Positions 1-8,045 of a stretch of DNA of 64,000 bases are shown in pieces. This DNA is from a virus. Its lineage: Duplodnaviria > Caudoviricetes. The position numbers were made by a program, and so were the translations under genes. The stretch spans positions 1 through 64,000 of IMG/VR virus record IMGVR_UViG_3300033069_002007; one strand, written 5' to 3'. The notes beneath the pieces are model-generated. The model searched no databases and had not been told where the DNA came from. It worked only from the letters and a program-made list of their open reading frames with translations. How positions within the stretch are numbered: position 1 is the stretch's first letter; every line of letters starts with the position of its first letter.

Positions 1-633
1 TTATTTGTTTTCCCAGACTTCCCAACCTAGATGTTCTAAACATAATACCTTAAATGTTTTTTCATCGGTTTCAGTAAGACCTAGAACTTTAAACCATTGA
101 CTAAAATAAAATTCTAGATTTTGACACTTCCCTTTACCTCTATCCTCATAATGTTTTTGAATATTACCATAGTAGTCTTTTTGATTCTGTAGTTTATCAG
201 CAGCTAGTAAAACATTAACTTGTCTTAATGCTGACAGCTCAGGGTCAAACAAAGATGTTTCAGCAGTTTTAGGTAAATAAGAATTTGCTTGCTTTCTGTA
301 TTCCATAGCTAAAATTATAACCCTACCTGGAAAACTATCATAACTGTAAACACCATAATTGTTTTGTATATCTGAATCATTTTGTAATATAGGGTGAAGA
401 ATAAATGCTCTTTTTTGTATCACTCCACACATCTTATGATCTAACCAAAGCAAACCTTCAAGTATGTGTATAATATAAGGTATACCTGTTGTTTTAGCTT
501 TTATACCTGAGGAAGTCTGAGTAACTTTATAGTAATCACAGAGAATATCAAACTCAGAACCATCCTTCCACTGGTCTAGTTCAAGTAGAATTGACTTCAA
601 CTTTTCATTTGTTGCTATTTGATTTAGATTCAT
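1..633 (-). CDS. HD-superfamily (Mesh1/SpoT-hydrolase-like) protein with degenerate HD motif
   Basis: PYIIH...AFILHP...LAADKLQNQKD parallels Mesh1 PYINH...ALLHD...LADKLYNLRD; Asp of HD replaced by Pro; likely start is MNLNQ at 633 rather than 669. Confidence 0.45.
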   Translation of the reverse strand: MNLNQIATNEKLKSILLELDQWKDGSEFDILCDYYKVTQTSSGIKAKTTGIPYIIHILEGLLWLDHKMCGVIQKRAFILHPILQNDSDIQNNYGVYSYDSFPGRVIILAMEYRKQANSYLPKTAETSLFDPELSALRQVNVLLAADKLQNQKDYYGNIQKHYEDRGKGKCQNLEFYFSQWFKVLGLTETDEKTFKVLCLEHLGWEVWENK

Positions 634-634
634 T

Positions 635-940
635 TTAACACCTTGGTTGCATATATGGGGGGATGCCAACCATGCAGATAACTAAGTATGTAACCTTCCT
701 CTGGACAAGGCCCCATTTAGCTAGTGCCTCCTCTTCTGTCGTAGGGAAATGTTTGTTATGAATATTATTCAACTCAACCTGATGTTCTTTTGGCCCCATT
801 GAAGGATCAATATCATGTGCAAATACGAGGTTTAAATGTCTTTTAACTAGTTCAGTTTGTTCTGGGGTTAATCCTTTTCCATCATCTTTAGTTAATTCAA
901 AGAATCCTTGTAACCAATATGCGAAATCTCTTGCTGTCAT
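635..940 (-). CDS. conserved phage hypothetical protein
   Basis: N-terminal RDFAYWLQGFFEL is a recurring phage motif; coupled to neighbouring ORFs. Confidence 0.6.
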   Translation of the reverse strand: MTARDFAYWLQGFFELTKDDGKGLTPEQTELVKRHLNLVFAHDIDPSMGPKEHQVELNNIHNKHFPTTEEEALAKWGLVQRKVTYLVICMVGIPPYMQPRC

Positions 941-1332
941 TCTGTAAACCTCTTGCGTTGAAAATAAAGAAAAGGAGTCTCAAAGTGCTCCCTATACTCT
1001 GGGCTATCATCTATATGTAAATCAATTTGATTCTCTTTACAATATAATGCCTTTGCTTTATCCCAGAGCCAATCAGGATAAAGTAGTTTACCATCCATTA
1101 AATTCAGACCAATATTCTCATGATAGTATTTGTCATTCAGGTAATCTTGAATAGAGAAGAAATGGGTATAAGGAAAACTTAATTTATTGACTTGATCTTC
1201 AGTTCTCTTCTTGTCCCCACCAGTTATAACATGAACCTCTCCATTACATTGAATAGTCATAAATGCTAATTTACGAAGATGGTCAGGAATATGGTCTATG
1301 ACTCCATGAACATCTAGACCTAATCTAATCAT
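937..1332 (-). CDS. HAD-like phosphatase/nucleotidase
   Basis: LGLDVHGVID (motif I-like) and LHIDDS (motif IV-like). Confidence 0.5.
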   Translation of the reverse strand: MIRLGLDVHGVIDHIPDHLRKLAFMTIQCNGEVHVITGGDKKRTEDQVNKLSFPYTHFFSIQDYLNDKYYHENIGLNLMDGKLLYPDWLWDKAKALYCKENQIDLHIDDSPEYREHFETPFLYFQRKRFTE

Positions 1333-1700
1333 ATCTTTCCTTCTTGAATTTTGAGTTTTAATTCCTCTACGTAAGACAACCCATTAGGTGATAAACCTTT
1401 GTTGTCATTCCAAAAGGGATTATTGTCATGTAAATATTGTAAAGCTCTCCAAAAGTCAAATGAATAACCTTTGTATTGATCTTTAAAGAATTTTTCCATA
1501 GTAGTGGAGTATCTAGTGTTGCCATACTCCGCTTGAACTATTTCAGGATATTTAAAACATCTACCGACTGCACAAGATTTATCGTCATAACTATATTGAC
1601 ATGCTCCAACAAGATTTATAGCCCTTCTTGTTGTATCCTCAGAATAGAAATTGATTGTCTCCTCAAGTAATGCTAGTTGTTCTTTTTTAGTTCTTTTCAT
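1329..1700 (-). CDS. hypothetical protein
   Basis: ORF with GGGG-type SD before MKRTKK at 1700. Confidence 0.55.
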   Translation of the reverse strand: MKRTKKEQLALLEETINFYSEDTTRRAINLVGACQYSYDDKSCAVGRCFKYPEIVQAEYGNTRYSTTMEKFFKDQYKGYSFDFWRALQYLHDNNPFWNDNKGLSPNGLSYVEELKLKIQEGKI

Positions 1701-1705
1701 ATCTA

Positions 1706-2107
1706 TTACCCCCTTTTTGAAATACATTGTTGTACAAACTCAGCATTGATACGTCCGAATGCTTCAATTGTTGAGAGAAAATTTGTGGAGATCAAAACAA
1801 TAATATGTTTATTAAGTCGTTCAGCATATTCCTTCTCTGCTTGACATCCTTCTGAGAGTTCCCAATCAGGCATGAACACTACGATATCACACCTGCTCAT
1901 TAATTCCTTTGTGCCTTCAACAAACTCAGTGTAATCTGTAATGAATCCATCAATAAATGCTGAACTCAAATTAGGACAAACAATTGGGAAACCTGCTTTG
2001 GAAAGATGTTTGTAAATGACTCGCATCAAATATAGATTCTCGTATATTCCATCTGATCCACCTTCAGGTGATCTATAACGACCTGCTAAAAAGATTACTG
2101 GTTTCAT
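1706..2107 (-). CDS. DUF4406 / nucleoside 2-deoxyribosyltransferase-like protein
   Basis: IFLAGRY...VCPN...LMSRCDIVVFMPDWELSEGCQAEKEYA pattern. Confidence 0.65.
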   Translation of the reverse strand: MKPVIFLAGRYRSPEGGSDGIYENLYLMRVIYKHLSKAGFPIVCPNLSSAFIDGFITDYTEFVEGTKELMSRCDIVVFMPDWELSEGCQAEKEYAERLNKHIIVLISTNFLSTIEAFGRINAEFVQQCISKRG

Positions 2108-2109
2108 TT

Positions 2110-2337
2110 TTAAATATCCTTAATGAGATCAGCTAGTTGTTCTCTAGTTACTATCTGACCTATCGAACCATTGTTGTTCTTTAAGACTTCAAAATTTAGA
2201 CCGACATGATGAATTAGAACTAGTTTAGCTCTTTGTATTGTTTCACCCAAATCTTTGTTCAAGAAATGATCTAATGTGATTGGTCTTTCATCTTTCTTAC
2301 TCTGAACCATATCATCTTTTGTTAATACTACTATCAT
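2110..2337 (-). CDS. hypothetical protein
   Basis: ORF with TAGGAGTT SD. Confidence 0.6.
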   Translation of the reverse strand: MIVVLTKDDMVQSKKDERPITLDHFLNKDLGETIQRAKLVLIHHVGLNFEVLKNNNGSIGQIVTREQLADLIKDI

Positions 2338-2370
2338 AATTTTTAACTCCTAGTTATATTTTAAATAATA

Positions 2371-2404
2371 AATAAAAAAGCTGGGAATGTGACCTCCCAG
2401 CTTT
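2371..2404 (-). terminator. Rho-independent terminator after NAMPT
   Basis: AAAGCTGGGA-8nt-TCCCAGCTTT stem followed by T-tract on the minus strand. Confidence 0.8.
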
Positions 2405-2416
2405 GAAAAAGTTTAC

Positions 2417-3835
2417 TTAAGCTACTTTTCTAGCTCTTTCTCTCACATTTTCAAAAGGTTGGAAGCGTAATAATTTACCGTTATCGTAAACATCTTCTAA
2501 CACTTTTTTAACATTTGGATTTGTTATTTGATCTCTTCTGACGGTTGTAAATTCACCATCAACTTTAATCAATTCAAGTAAACCTTGTTTGCTTTGTTTA
2601 CCTGGATCATCGATTGGATTTTTAGCTAATTCTCTAAGCACCCCACCTACTTCCAATGCACAAGCCTTCATTGCAAACTTCTGAGTATCTCGATCTACTT
2701 TCTGAAGTAATGCACCACCCATTCCGAAAGCAATATTAGTCGCACTATAACCTAGTTTGAAAATAGCTTCGTAGATCTTTTTGATACTATCTTCATCAAT
2801 ACCATCACCTTGAATCATTCGGACGTTGTTTAGGACTTTGTATCCTTTATCGTTAGGGACACTTCCAAATTGTTCGTCAAGGATTTTCATAACTCTTGGT
2901 ACAACTTTCCAAGGCGTTCCACTGTCAGGTCGTATAACAAAAGTTGTTTTACCTTCAATAATCATAGGCTTCAATTTTCCACCAATGATTTCTCGACAAG
3001 CCTTATCAATGTTATAAGCATCAAGAACCATTGCTACTAGCGGTACTCCCTTAGTCTTTTCGATGATTCTCTGAATCACACCAGCTTCTCCTCTTTCACC
3101 ATCTTGAGTCATAACAGAGTGTTCTGTTGCAATGATACTATATCCTGCCATATCCATGTCGTAGTAATTACGAGCAAAAACAAGAGCTGCTACAGTATCG
3201 GTTCCATTGAAGTTTACTAAATGAGCCATACCTCCAAGACCAGCAGATTCCTCAGAAGAAACTCCTCGATAGCCGAAGTCGTGTAGTTTGAAATCAATTT
3301 CAGACATTGGATCATTAGATGTTTTTTCAAGAGCATCTAGAATTACGTTACGAATACTGTTACTCCCAGTAGATATAGTAGTCGTATTCCAAACTTTAAG
3401 AATTAAAGTCTCTAACCAAGAGACCACCCATACCACTTTAGGATCTTTTACAGCGGATTCGATTGTCATCAAAACATTTTTATTTTTAACAATTGTACCC
3501 TCAGGAACTGCACGAATTTTAACAGGTAGAAATCCATTATACACTTTTAAAATTCTTTCCCAACCTTCTCTATAAAATGGTAAGCCATGAGCTGTTATAA
3601 TTTGCTCCGCTTCATCTATATCTTCCATAGTGATTGGTTTCATAAGAAACCTTAACACGTAGTATTGAAGCCCAAAGAATAGAGTGTAGTCATACTTTCC
3701 ACCCCGACTTTCAATATAGCTCATCGCATAGTCAGCATTCTGTGGTAAAAACATGAAGTGACTATACTTGTAACTATCTGACTTGAGGATAAGATTATCC
3801 TCGTTAATTTTTTTAAACCTTCTTTTGTAAATCAT
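2417..3835 (-). CDS. nadV: nicotinamide phosphoribosyltransferase (NAMPT)
   Basis: KSDSYKYSH, LHDFGYRG, ATEHS, IRPDSG, IQGDG, FGMGGALLQ motifs; 472 aa. Confidence 0.95.
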   Translation of the reverse strand: MIYKRRFKKINEDNLILKSDSYKYSHFMFLPQNADYAMSYIESRGGKYDYTLFFGLQYYVLRFLMKPITMEDIDEAEQIITAHGLPFYREGWERILKVYNGFLPVKIRAVPEGTIVKNKNVLMTIESAVKDPKVVWVVSWLETLILKVWNTTTISTGSNSIRNVILDALEKTSNDPMSEIDFKLHDFGYRGVSSEESAGLGGMAHLVNFNGTDTVAALVFARNYYDMDMAGYSIIATEHSVMTQDGERGEAGVIQRIIEKTKGVPLVAMVLDAYNIDKACREIIGGKLKPMIIEGKTTFVIRPDSGTPWKVVPRVMKILDEQFGSVPNDKGYKVLNNVRMIQGDGIDEDSIKKIYEAIFKLGYSATNIAFGMGGALLQKVDRDTQKFAMKACALEVGGVLRELAKNPIDDPGKQSKQGLLELIKVDGEFTTVRRDQITNPNVKKVLEDVYDNGKLLRFQPFENVRERARKVA

Positions 3836-3868
3836 TGTTGTTCTCCTTGAACTTCTAAATTTTGTTTC

Positions 3869-3881
3869 GCTCTACCTGAGC
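3869..3881 (-). promoter_or_regulatory. 5'-UTR hairpin with AGGUA loop upstream of NAMPT
   Basis: GCTC-AGGTA-GAGC, 33 nt before ATG; same loop occurs upstream of NMNAT-Nudix. Confidence 0.45.
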
Positions 3882-3885
3882 ATTT

Positions 3886-4266
3886 TTAATTTTCGCTTAA
3901 TACTAACCAAACATGATCTATTGGAATAATTTCAACCGCTATAACACCTTCTCGGGTAAATAGGATCTCCATTTCTTTTTCATACCACTCAGTTACTTCA
4001 AACTTGTAGAGATGAAATCCATTCGCTACTAAGTTCTCAGCGTCTTCTCGACTGAACCATTGATTCATGTTCTCAATGTTCTTTCCAGCAGATTGCCATC
4101 TCTTTCCTTCTCTCTGGTGATCATCACAGAAACCCATTGGAAAATCTTTAGCAATCGCATTCGGACAAAGAAGGTGTATTGTAGGATTAAAGTTACCTTC
4201 ACCATCATACCACATTCCACCTTTGTCTTTAGGGTTTTCAATTCTGTAAACTATTCTGGTTTCCAT
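3886..4266 (-). CDS. hypothetical protein, possible ADP-ribosyltransferase-fold (R-S-E)
   Basis: VYR near N-terminus, WQS centrally, ExEILF near C-terminus; lies between the two NAD salvage genes. Confidence 0.35.
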   Translation of the reverse strand: METRIVYRIENPKDKGGMWYDGEGNFNPTIHLLCPNAIAKDFPMGFCDDHQREGKRWQSAGKNIENMNQWFSREDAENLVANGFHLYKFEVTEWYEKEMEILFTREGVIAVEIIPIDHVWLVLSEN

Positions 4267-4268
4267 CT

Positions 4269-5312
4269 CTAAACCCTTCCTTGCTTATACATAAAGTATT
4301 CTATGATATGAACATGATCTTCAAAGAATTTATCCAAATTAGCACCGACTTCATGAAAAGGCATCCATAATGCTTCTTCTGCATCATCTCCTCCAATTAC
4401 GAAGGGTAAGCTTCCTTGGTCACCTAAATCGAAATTAAAAGCAGTTGTAATAGTTCTACCTCTGAGACTTCTATCAGGGTGATCAAATACTTTTGAACCT
4501 ACTAAATTATTAATAATTTGATCTTTAGGATAACGAATATTAGTTTCCTCATCTAACTCTCTAAGAGCTCCTTCAAACAAAGATTCTCTTTTTTTGATGT
4601 CTAAAAATCCACCAGGAAGAGCATATAATCCTTTACCAGGATTTTTTTTCCGTTTAATGACTAATACATGCCCAGCTTTAAATACAACTGCATCTACAGT
4701 CTGAAAACAAACAGGGAATGGAGCGTCCTTCCATAACCTTTTGTAGGATTCGATGTAACTAAATTCACTTTCTAATTCCTGTAATAGTTCTCTATTTTTG
4801 AGAGAAAAATTAAGAAGAAATTCTCTAGTTACCTCAGAAATATTTTTGATATCTCTTGTACCGTTTAGAGGATTAAACCAAACTTCTCTTATTTTAGTAG
4901 AATCGACTCCAGGAACCGTATTGAATAGATCCTGCTTCCATTGAGGAAACATTTGAAGGTAGTAAGAAGAAGCGTCCTTCATACTTCCTGTAATTGCAAT
5001 CTTCTTGTCATCAGGTCTAGTCATTTGAGAGACCTTATACATCAGTTGATTTGACCAAACTTTGTCATTGTAAAGATAATCTCTAACTGAGATAAAGTCT
5101 ATTGGTGCTCTACAATCAAAGTTCTTTTGAATTATATCAACTCTTTCTTTGACAGTAAATGGATTCTTTATTGTTCGAGGAGAATTGTCTCCTCCGATTA
5201 CGAAAAGAAGTCGTTTAGAATTCTCTAAGGCTTTTTCCGCTACCTCTTGGTGGGCATTATGGAATGGTTGGAATCTACCGATATAGATAGACAAATCATA
5301 TAGTTTACTCAT
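4269..5312 (-). CDS. natV: bifunctional NMN adenylyltransferase / ADP-ribose pyrophosphatase (NadM-Nudix)
   Basis: IGRFQPFHNAH (HxxH), STKIRE, and Nudix box GGFLD...E...ALRELDEET. Confidence 0.93.
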   Translation of the reverse strand: MSKLYDLSIYIGRFQPFHNAHQEVAEKALENSKRLLFVIGGDNSPRTIKNPFTVKERVDIIQKNFDCRAPIDFISVRDYLYNDKVWSNQLMYKVSQMTRPDDKKIAITGSMKDASSYYLQMFPQWKQDLFNTVPGVDSTKIREVWFNPLNGTRDIKNISEVTREFLLNFSLKNRELLQELESEFSYIESYKRLWKDAPFPVCFQTVDAVVFKAGHVLVIKRKKNPGKGLYALPGGFLDIKKRESLFEGALRELDEETNIRYPKDQIINNLVGSKVFDHPDRSLRGRTITTAFNFDLGDQGSLPFVIGGDDAEEALWMPFHEVGANLDKFFEDHVHIIEYFMYKQGRV

Positions 5313-5333
5313 CTTGGATCTCCCTGATCACTT

Positions 5334-5365
5334 GGGAACTAAAGTTTCTACCTGAAACAATTCCC
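5334..5365 (-). promoter_or_regulatory. 5'-UTR bulged hairpin with AGGUA loop upstream of NMNAT-Nudix
   Basis: GGGAA-TT-GTTTC-AGGTA-GAAAC-TTTAG-TTCCC; inner hairpin ends 31 nt before ATG. Confidence 0.5.
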
Positions 5366-5425
5366 GCTTCTATTTAGTATAATAAATAGGACTAGACAAA
5401 ATACATAAAAAAAGTTAAACTTTTT

Positions 5426-6496
5426 CTAATTCCAAACGTACTTTTTACTCCTAATTTTAGCCGAAAGTGACTCAAAACCATTATCTACTATGATTCCCTC
5501 ATTACTAAGTCTTTTAAATCCAACTTGAACAGCTTGTCTAAATCCCATATCCTGAGTATCAAATCCAAATCGATTCATAAATCCATAGAGACTAAATCCA
5601 TCAGGGAATTTCTCCTTTATTACAAACCAATACTCCTCAATAAATTTTCTAATCGGATGTATTTGAGCCTCTCTAACTTTTTGTTTACAAGAGTCAGTAT
5701 TGTGTGATGTCTTAAACTTAACTTTGTATTCCTCAGTTTGTCTTACTGACTTCATCGTCTCTTTTTGTTTAGCTCGTGCCTCAGGAGTATGAACGAAAGT
5801 AATCATATTTTGTCTAGATTGATTTCTTATTTGTTCTTTCTTTTCATCTGAGTGATTACCCCAAATTCTCCTTGCTTTATCACCTGCAGCAGCTTTTCTT
5901 TTGAAATTATTTTTCCAACCTTTCTTTTGTCCTAGTGATAAAGCCAGTTTAACTTCTGGTTTTTGTCTCGATAATTTCTGCACTCGAGACCTCATAGCTT
6001 TAACTTCAGGTCTTGAATTATATTCTTTCATCTTACTTTTCCATTCACTAGTTTGTTTAGTTTTACTTATACTAAAACCTCTTTTTATATTTGTTAATTT
6101 ATCGTTTTGTACTACTTTCATCTTTGCACAGTGAGCAATATGCTCGTCTACTGTCATACTATGAATATAATTTTGTCCTGGTTCCTCAGTTCTAAAATTA
6201 TAACCTCTAGAATTGTGAGTACTATCATACCACTCAACAATATAGAATAACTCTGCCCAATCTAGATCCTTTCTGCTATAACATTCAGTTAAAATAGTTA
6301 CAGTAAAGTTATCTTTACCATGAGATTTAATAGCTGATCCTAGTCTTTTGTTTGTTTTATCAGGATGGTTTAAATGATTGAATGGTCGAATTTTAGGATG
6401 TACTGTTTGACCGATATATACTTTACCGTTAGTTTTATTTTGTATCCGGTAAATATATCCTATTGTAAAGTTTTTCGTACCATTGAACATAATCAA
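5426..6496 (-). CDS. GIY-YIG homing endonuclease (Seg-like) with NUMOD3-like repeats
   Basis: GYIYRI...KVYIGQT, AELFYI, RGYN; C-terminal HSDEKKEQI/HTPEARAK-type repeats; free-standing, downstream of capsid gene. Confidence 0.85.
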   Translation of the reverse strand: MIMFNGTKNFTIGYIYRIQNKTNGKVYIGQTVHPKIRPFNHLNHPDKTNKRLGSAIKSHGKDNFTVTILTECYSRKDLDWAELFYIVEWYDSTHNSRGYNFRTEEPGQNYIHSMTVDEHIAHCAKMKVVQNDKLTNIKRGFSISKTKQTSEWKSKMKEYNSRPEVKAMRSRVQKLSRQKPEVKLALSLGQKKGWKNNFKRKAAAGDKARRIWGNHSDEKKEQIRNQSRQNMITFVHTPEARAKQKETMKSVRQTEEYKVKFKTSHNTDSCKQKVREAQIHPIRKFIEEYWFVIKEKFPDGFSLYGFMNRFGFDTQDMGFRQAVQVGFKRLSNEGIIVDNGFESLSAKIRSKKYVWN

Positions 6497-6505
6497 ATAA
6501 TAAAT

Positions 6506-6536
6506 AAAAAACCCCGACTTTTTTAGGATCGGGGTT
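6506..6536 (-). terminator. Rho-independent terminator after major capsid gene
   Basis: AACCCCGA-11nt-TCGGGGTT followed by TTTTATTT. Confidence 0.8.
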
Positions 6537-6572
6537 CAAACTCTACAGTTTTTAGAAAACTTTTATTTATTA

Positions 6573-8003
6573 TTAAAGGTTTTCTAATTGAATCAAGCGG
6601 CTGAAACGACTGTTAATGTCACGCATATCTTCAACTGTAGCCAAAGTTCCTTTTCGGTAAAGTTCTGGATAATCAAGAGCAGCATAAAGTTCAGTAAGAA
6701 CTCCGATTGCAATGTTAACATCACCATCTTCATCTGGGTTACGATAAGTTCCAAGGATCTCATTGTTTCTAATCGCAGTATCAGATTTAGGAGCAACATA
6801 AACTTCTTTACCATCAAGTTTACCTGCCATGTATGAACCACCGATTCGTTTTTGAGAACTATCATTCTCCCAAAGCTTATGCATTTTCATGAAAGCTAGG
6901 GCTTGAGTTCCAACTACGAATTTGTTTAATTCACCTCTCTTCAAGTCATCATATAGATTTCCATCTACTTTAGTGATTGTTTGAAGTAAAGTTTGAGCAT
7001 GGTTATAAAGGTTATCTGCACCAGCATTTGTGAAAGAAGCATCGAAAGTAGTGATAGCATTGTTAGTTGCTTGTTCACGAAGTCTTTCAAAGAATTTAGC
7101 ATCCTTTCTCATAGCGTGAGTATCACCAACACGTTTGATCAACATCTCTTCAGCATCACCTACTCCTGTTGTATCCAAAACTAATTGGAACATTTTAGAG
7201 TATTGGTAAGTCAAAGGCATTGGTCGAGCATTGAAACGTGCTCTACGAAGATTAAGCTCAATCATACCCCATTGGTCATAATTGTCTGCTTCTTCAGAAT
7301 CCCATTGTGCTCTTAAAAGAACTGATGCACCACTTGCAGGGGCAGTAGCAAAAGTAATAGATGCTGTACCACCAGAATAAGAAATTGTTCCTGAAGATAC
7401 TCCAGAACCAGAGAATGAACCTTCTCCATCATCAACTGCTACTCGTTTTCCACCAACTACAACATATGCTGTAAGAGGAACGATTGGAGTCACAGGGAAT
7501 GTGAAAGTGAAAGTTGTAACAACACCATTTGCTGTTTGAGCAGCAGAAGCTTTGTCATACTCTGTTGAATAATCAGGGTTCATGTTTTCATAAACTAGAT
7601 CACCTTCAGTTGCACCACGTTTAGTAGAACCGAATTTTGTATCTACGAAATAGAAAGCATCATCAGGAGTAGTTAATTGCCACTCATGACCGATCTCAGC
7701 TCTATTTGATTGACCAACACCGATACGAATAATACGAAGTACATTCTCTGGGCGAGTAGAGAAAACAGATTTAATCTGAGTTCCATCTTCTTTTAACTTA
7801 CGAAGGTGAGCATGTTCATTTCTGATTCGAGCTCTTTGAGGATCTTTAGCATAGAGTTTATCTAGTTTAAATCCTACAGGAGTTTTACTAATTTTTTCAA
7901 CTAGAATATCCCCTTGTACTGACATTCGAGCCAAATGCTCTTGCATTTGGGCTTTAGAATAGCCATTAACTTTTGGTTTTTGTGATTTTGCAGCTGTTGC
8001 CAT
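6573..8003 (-). CDS. major capsid protein (T4 gp23-like HK97 fold) with beta-rich insertion
   Basis: ARPMPLTYQYS...GDAEEMLIKRVG resembles gp23 KSRKLKA...LDAEAEL; directly follows prohead protease; strong terminator after. Confidence 0.85.
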   Translation of the reverse strand: MATAAKSQKPKVNGYSKAQMQEHLARMSVQGDILVEKISKTPVGFKLDKLYAKDPQRARIRNEHAHLRKLKEDGTQIKSVFSTRPENVLRIIRIGVGQSNRAEIGHEWQLTTPDDAFYFVDTKFGSTKRGATEGDLVYENMNPDYSTEYDKASAAQTANGVVTTFTFTFPVTPIVPLTAYVVVGGKRVAVDDGEGSFSGSGVSSGTISYSGGTASITFATAPASGASVLLRAQWDSEEADNYDQWGMIELNLRRARFNARPMPLTYQYSKMFQLVLDTTGVGDAEEMLIKRVGDTHAMRKDAKFFERLREQATNNAITTFDASFTNAGADNLYNHAQTLLQTITKVDGNLYDDLKRGELNKFVVGTQALAFMKMHKLWENDSSQKRIGGSYMAGKLDGKEVYVAPKSDTAIRNNEILGTYRNPDEDGDVNIAIGVLTELYAALDYPELYRKGTLATVEDMRDINSRFSRLIQLENL

Positions 8004-8045
8004 ATTTAATTTTACCTTTTATGAGTACTTGTTCGTTCTCCTATT

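Noticed and set aside
635-720. Possible frameshift in the C-terminus of the 635-940 ORF (alternative frame WGPCPEEGYILSYLHGW)
   Set aside because: Both frames end next to the downstream ATG; it cannot be decided without homologues or reads.
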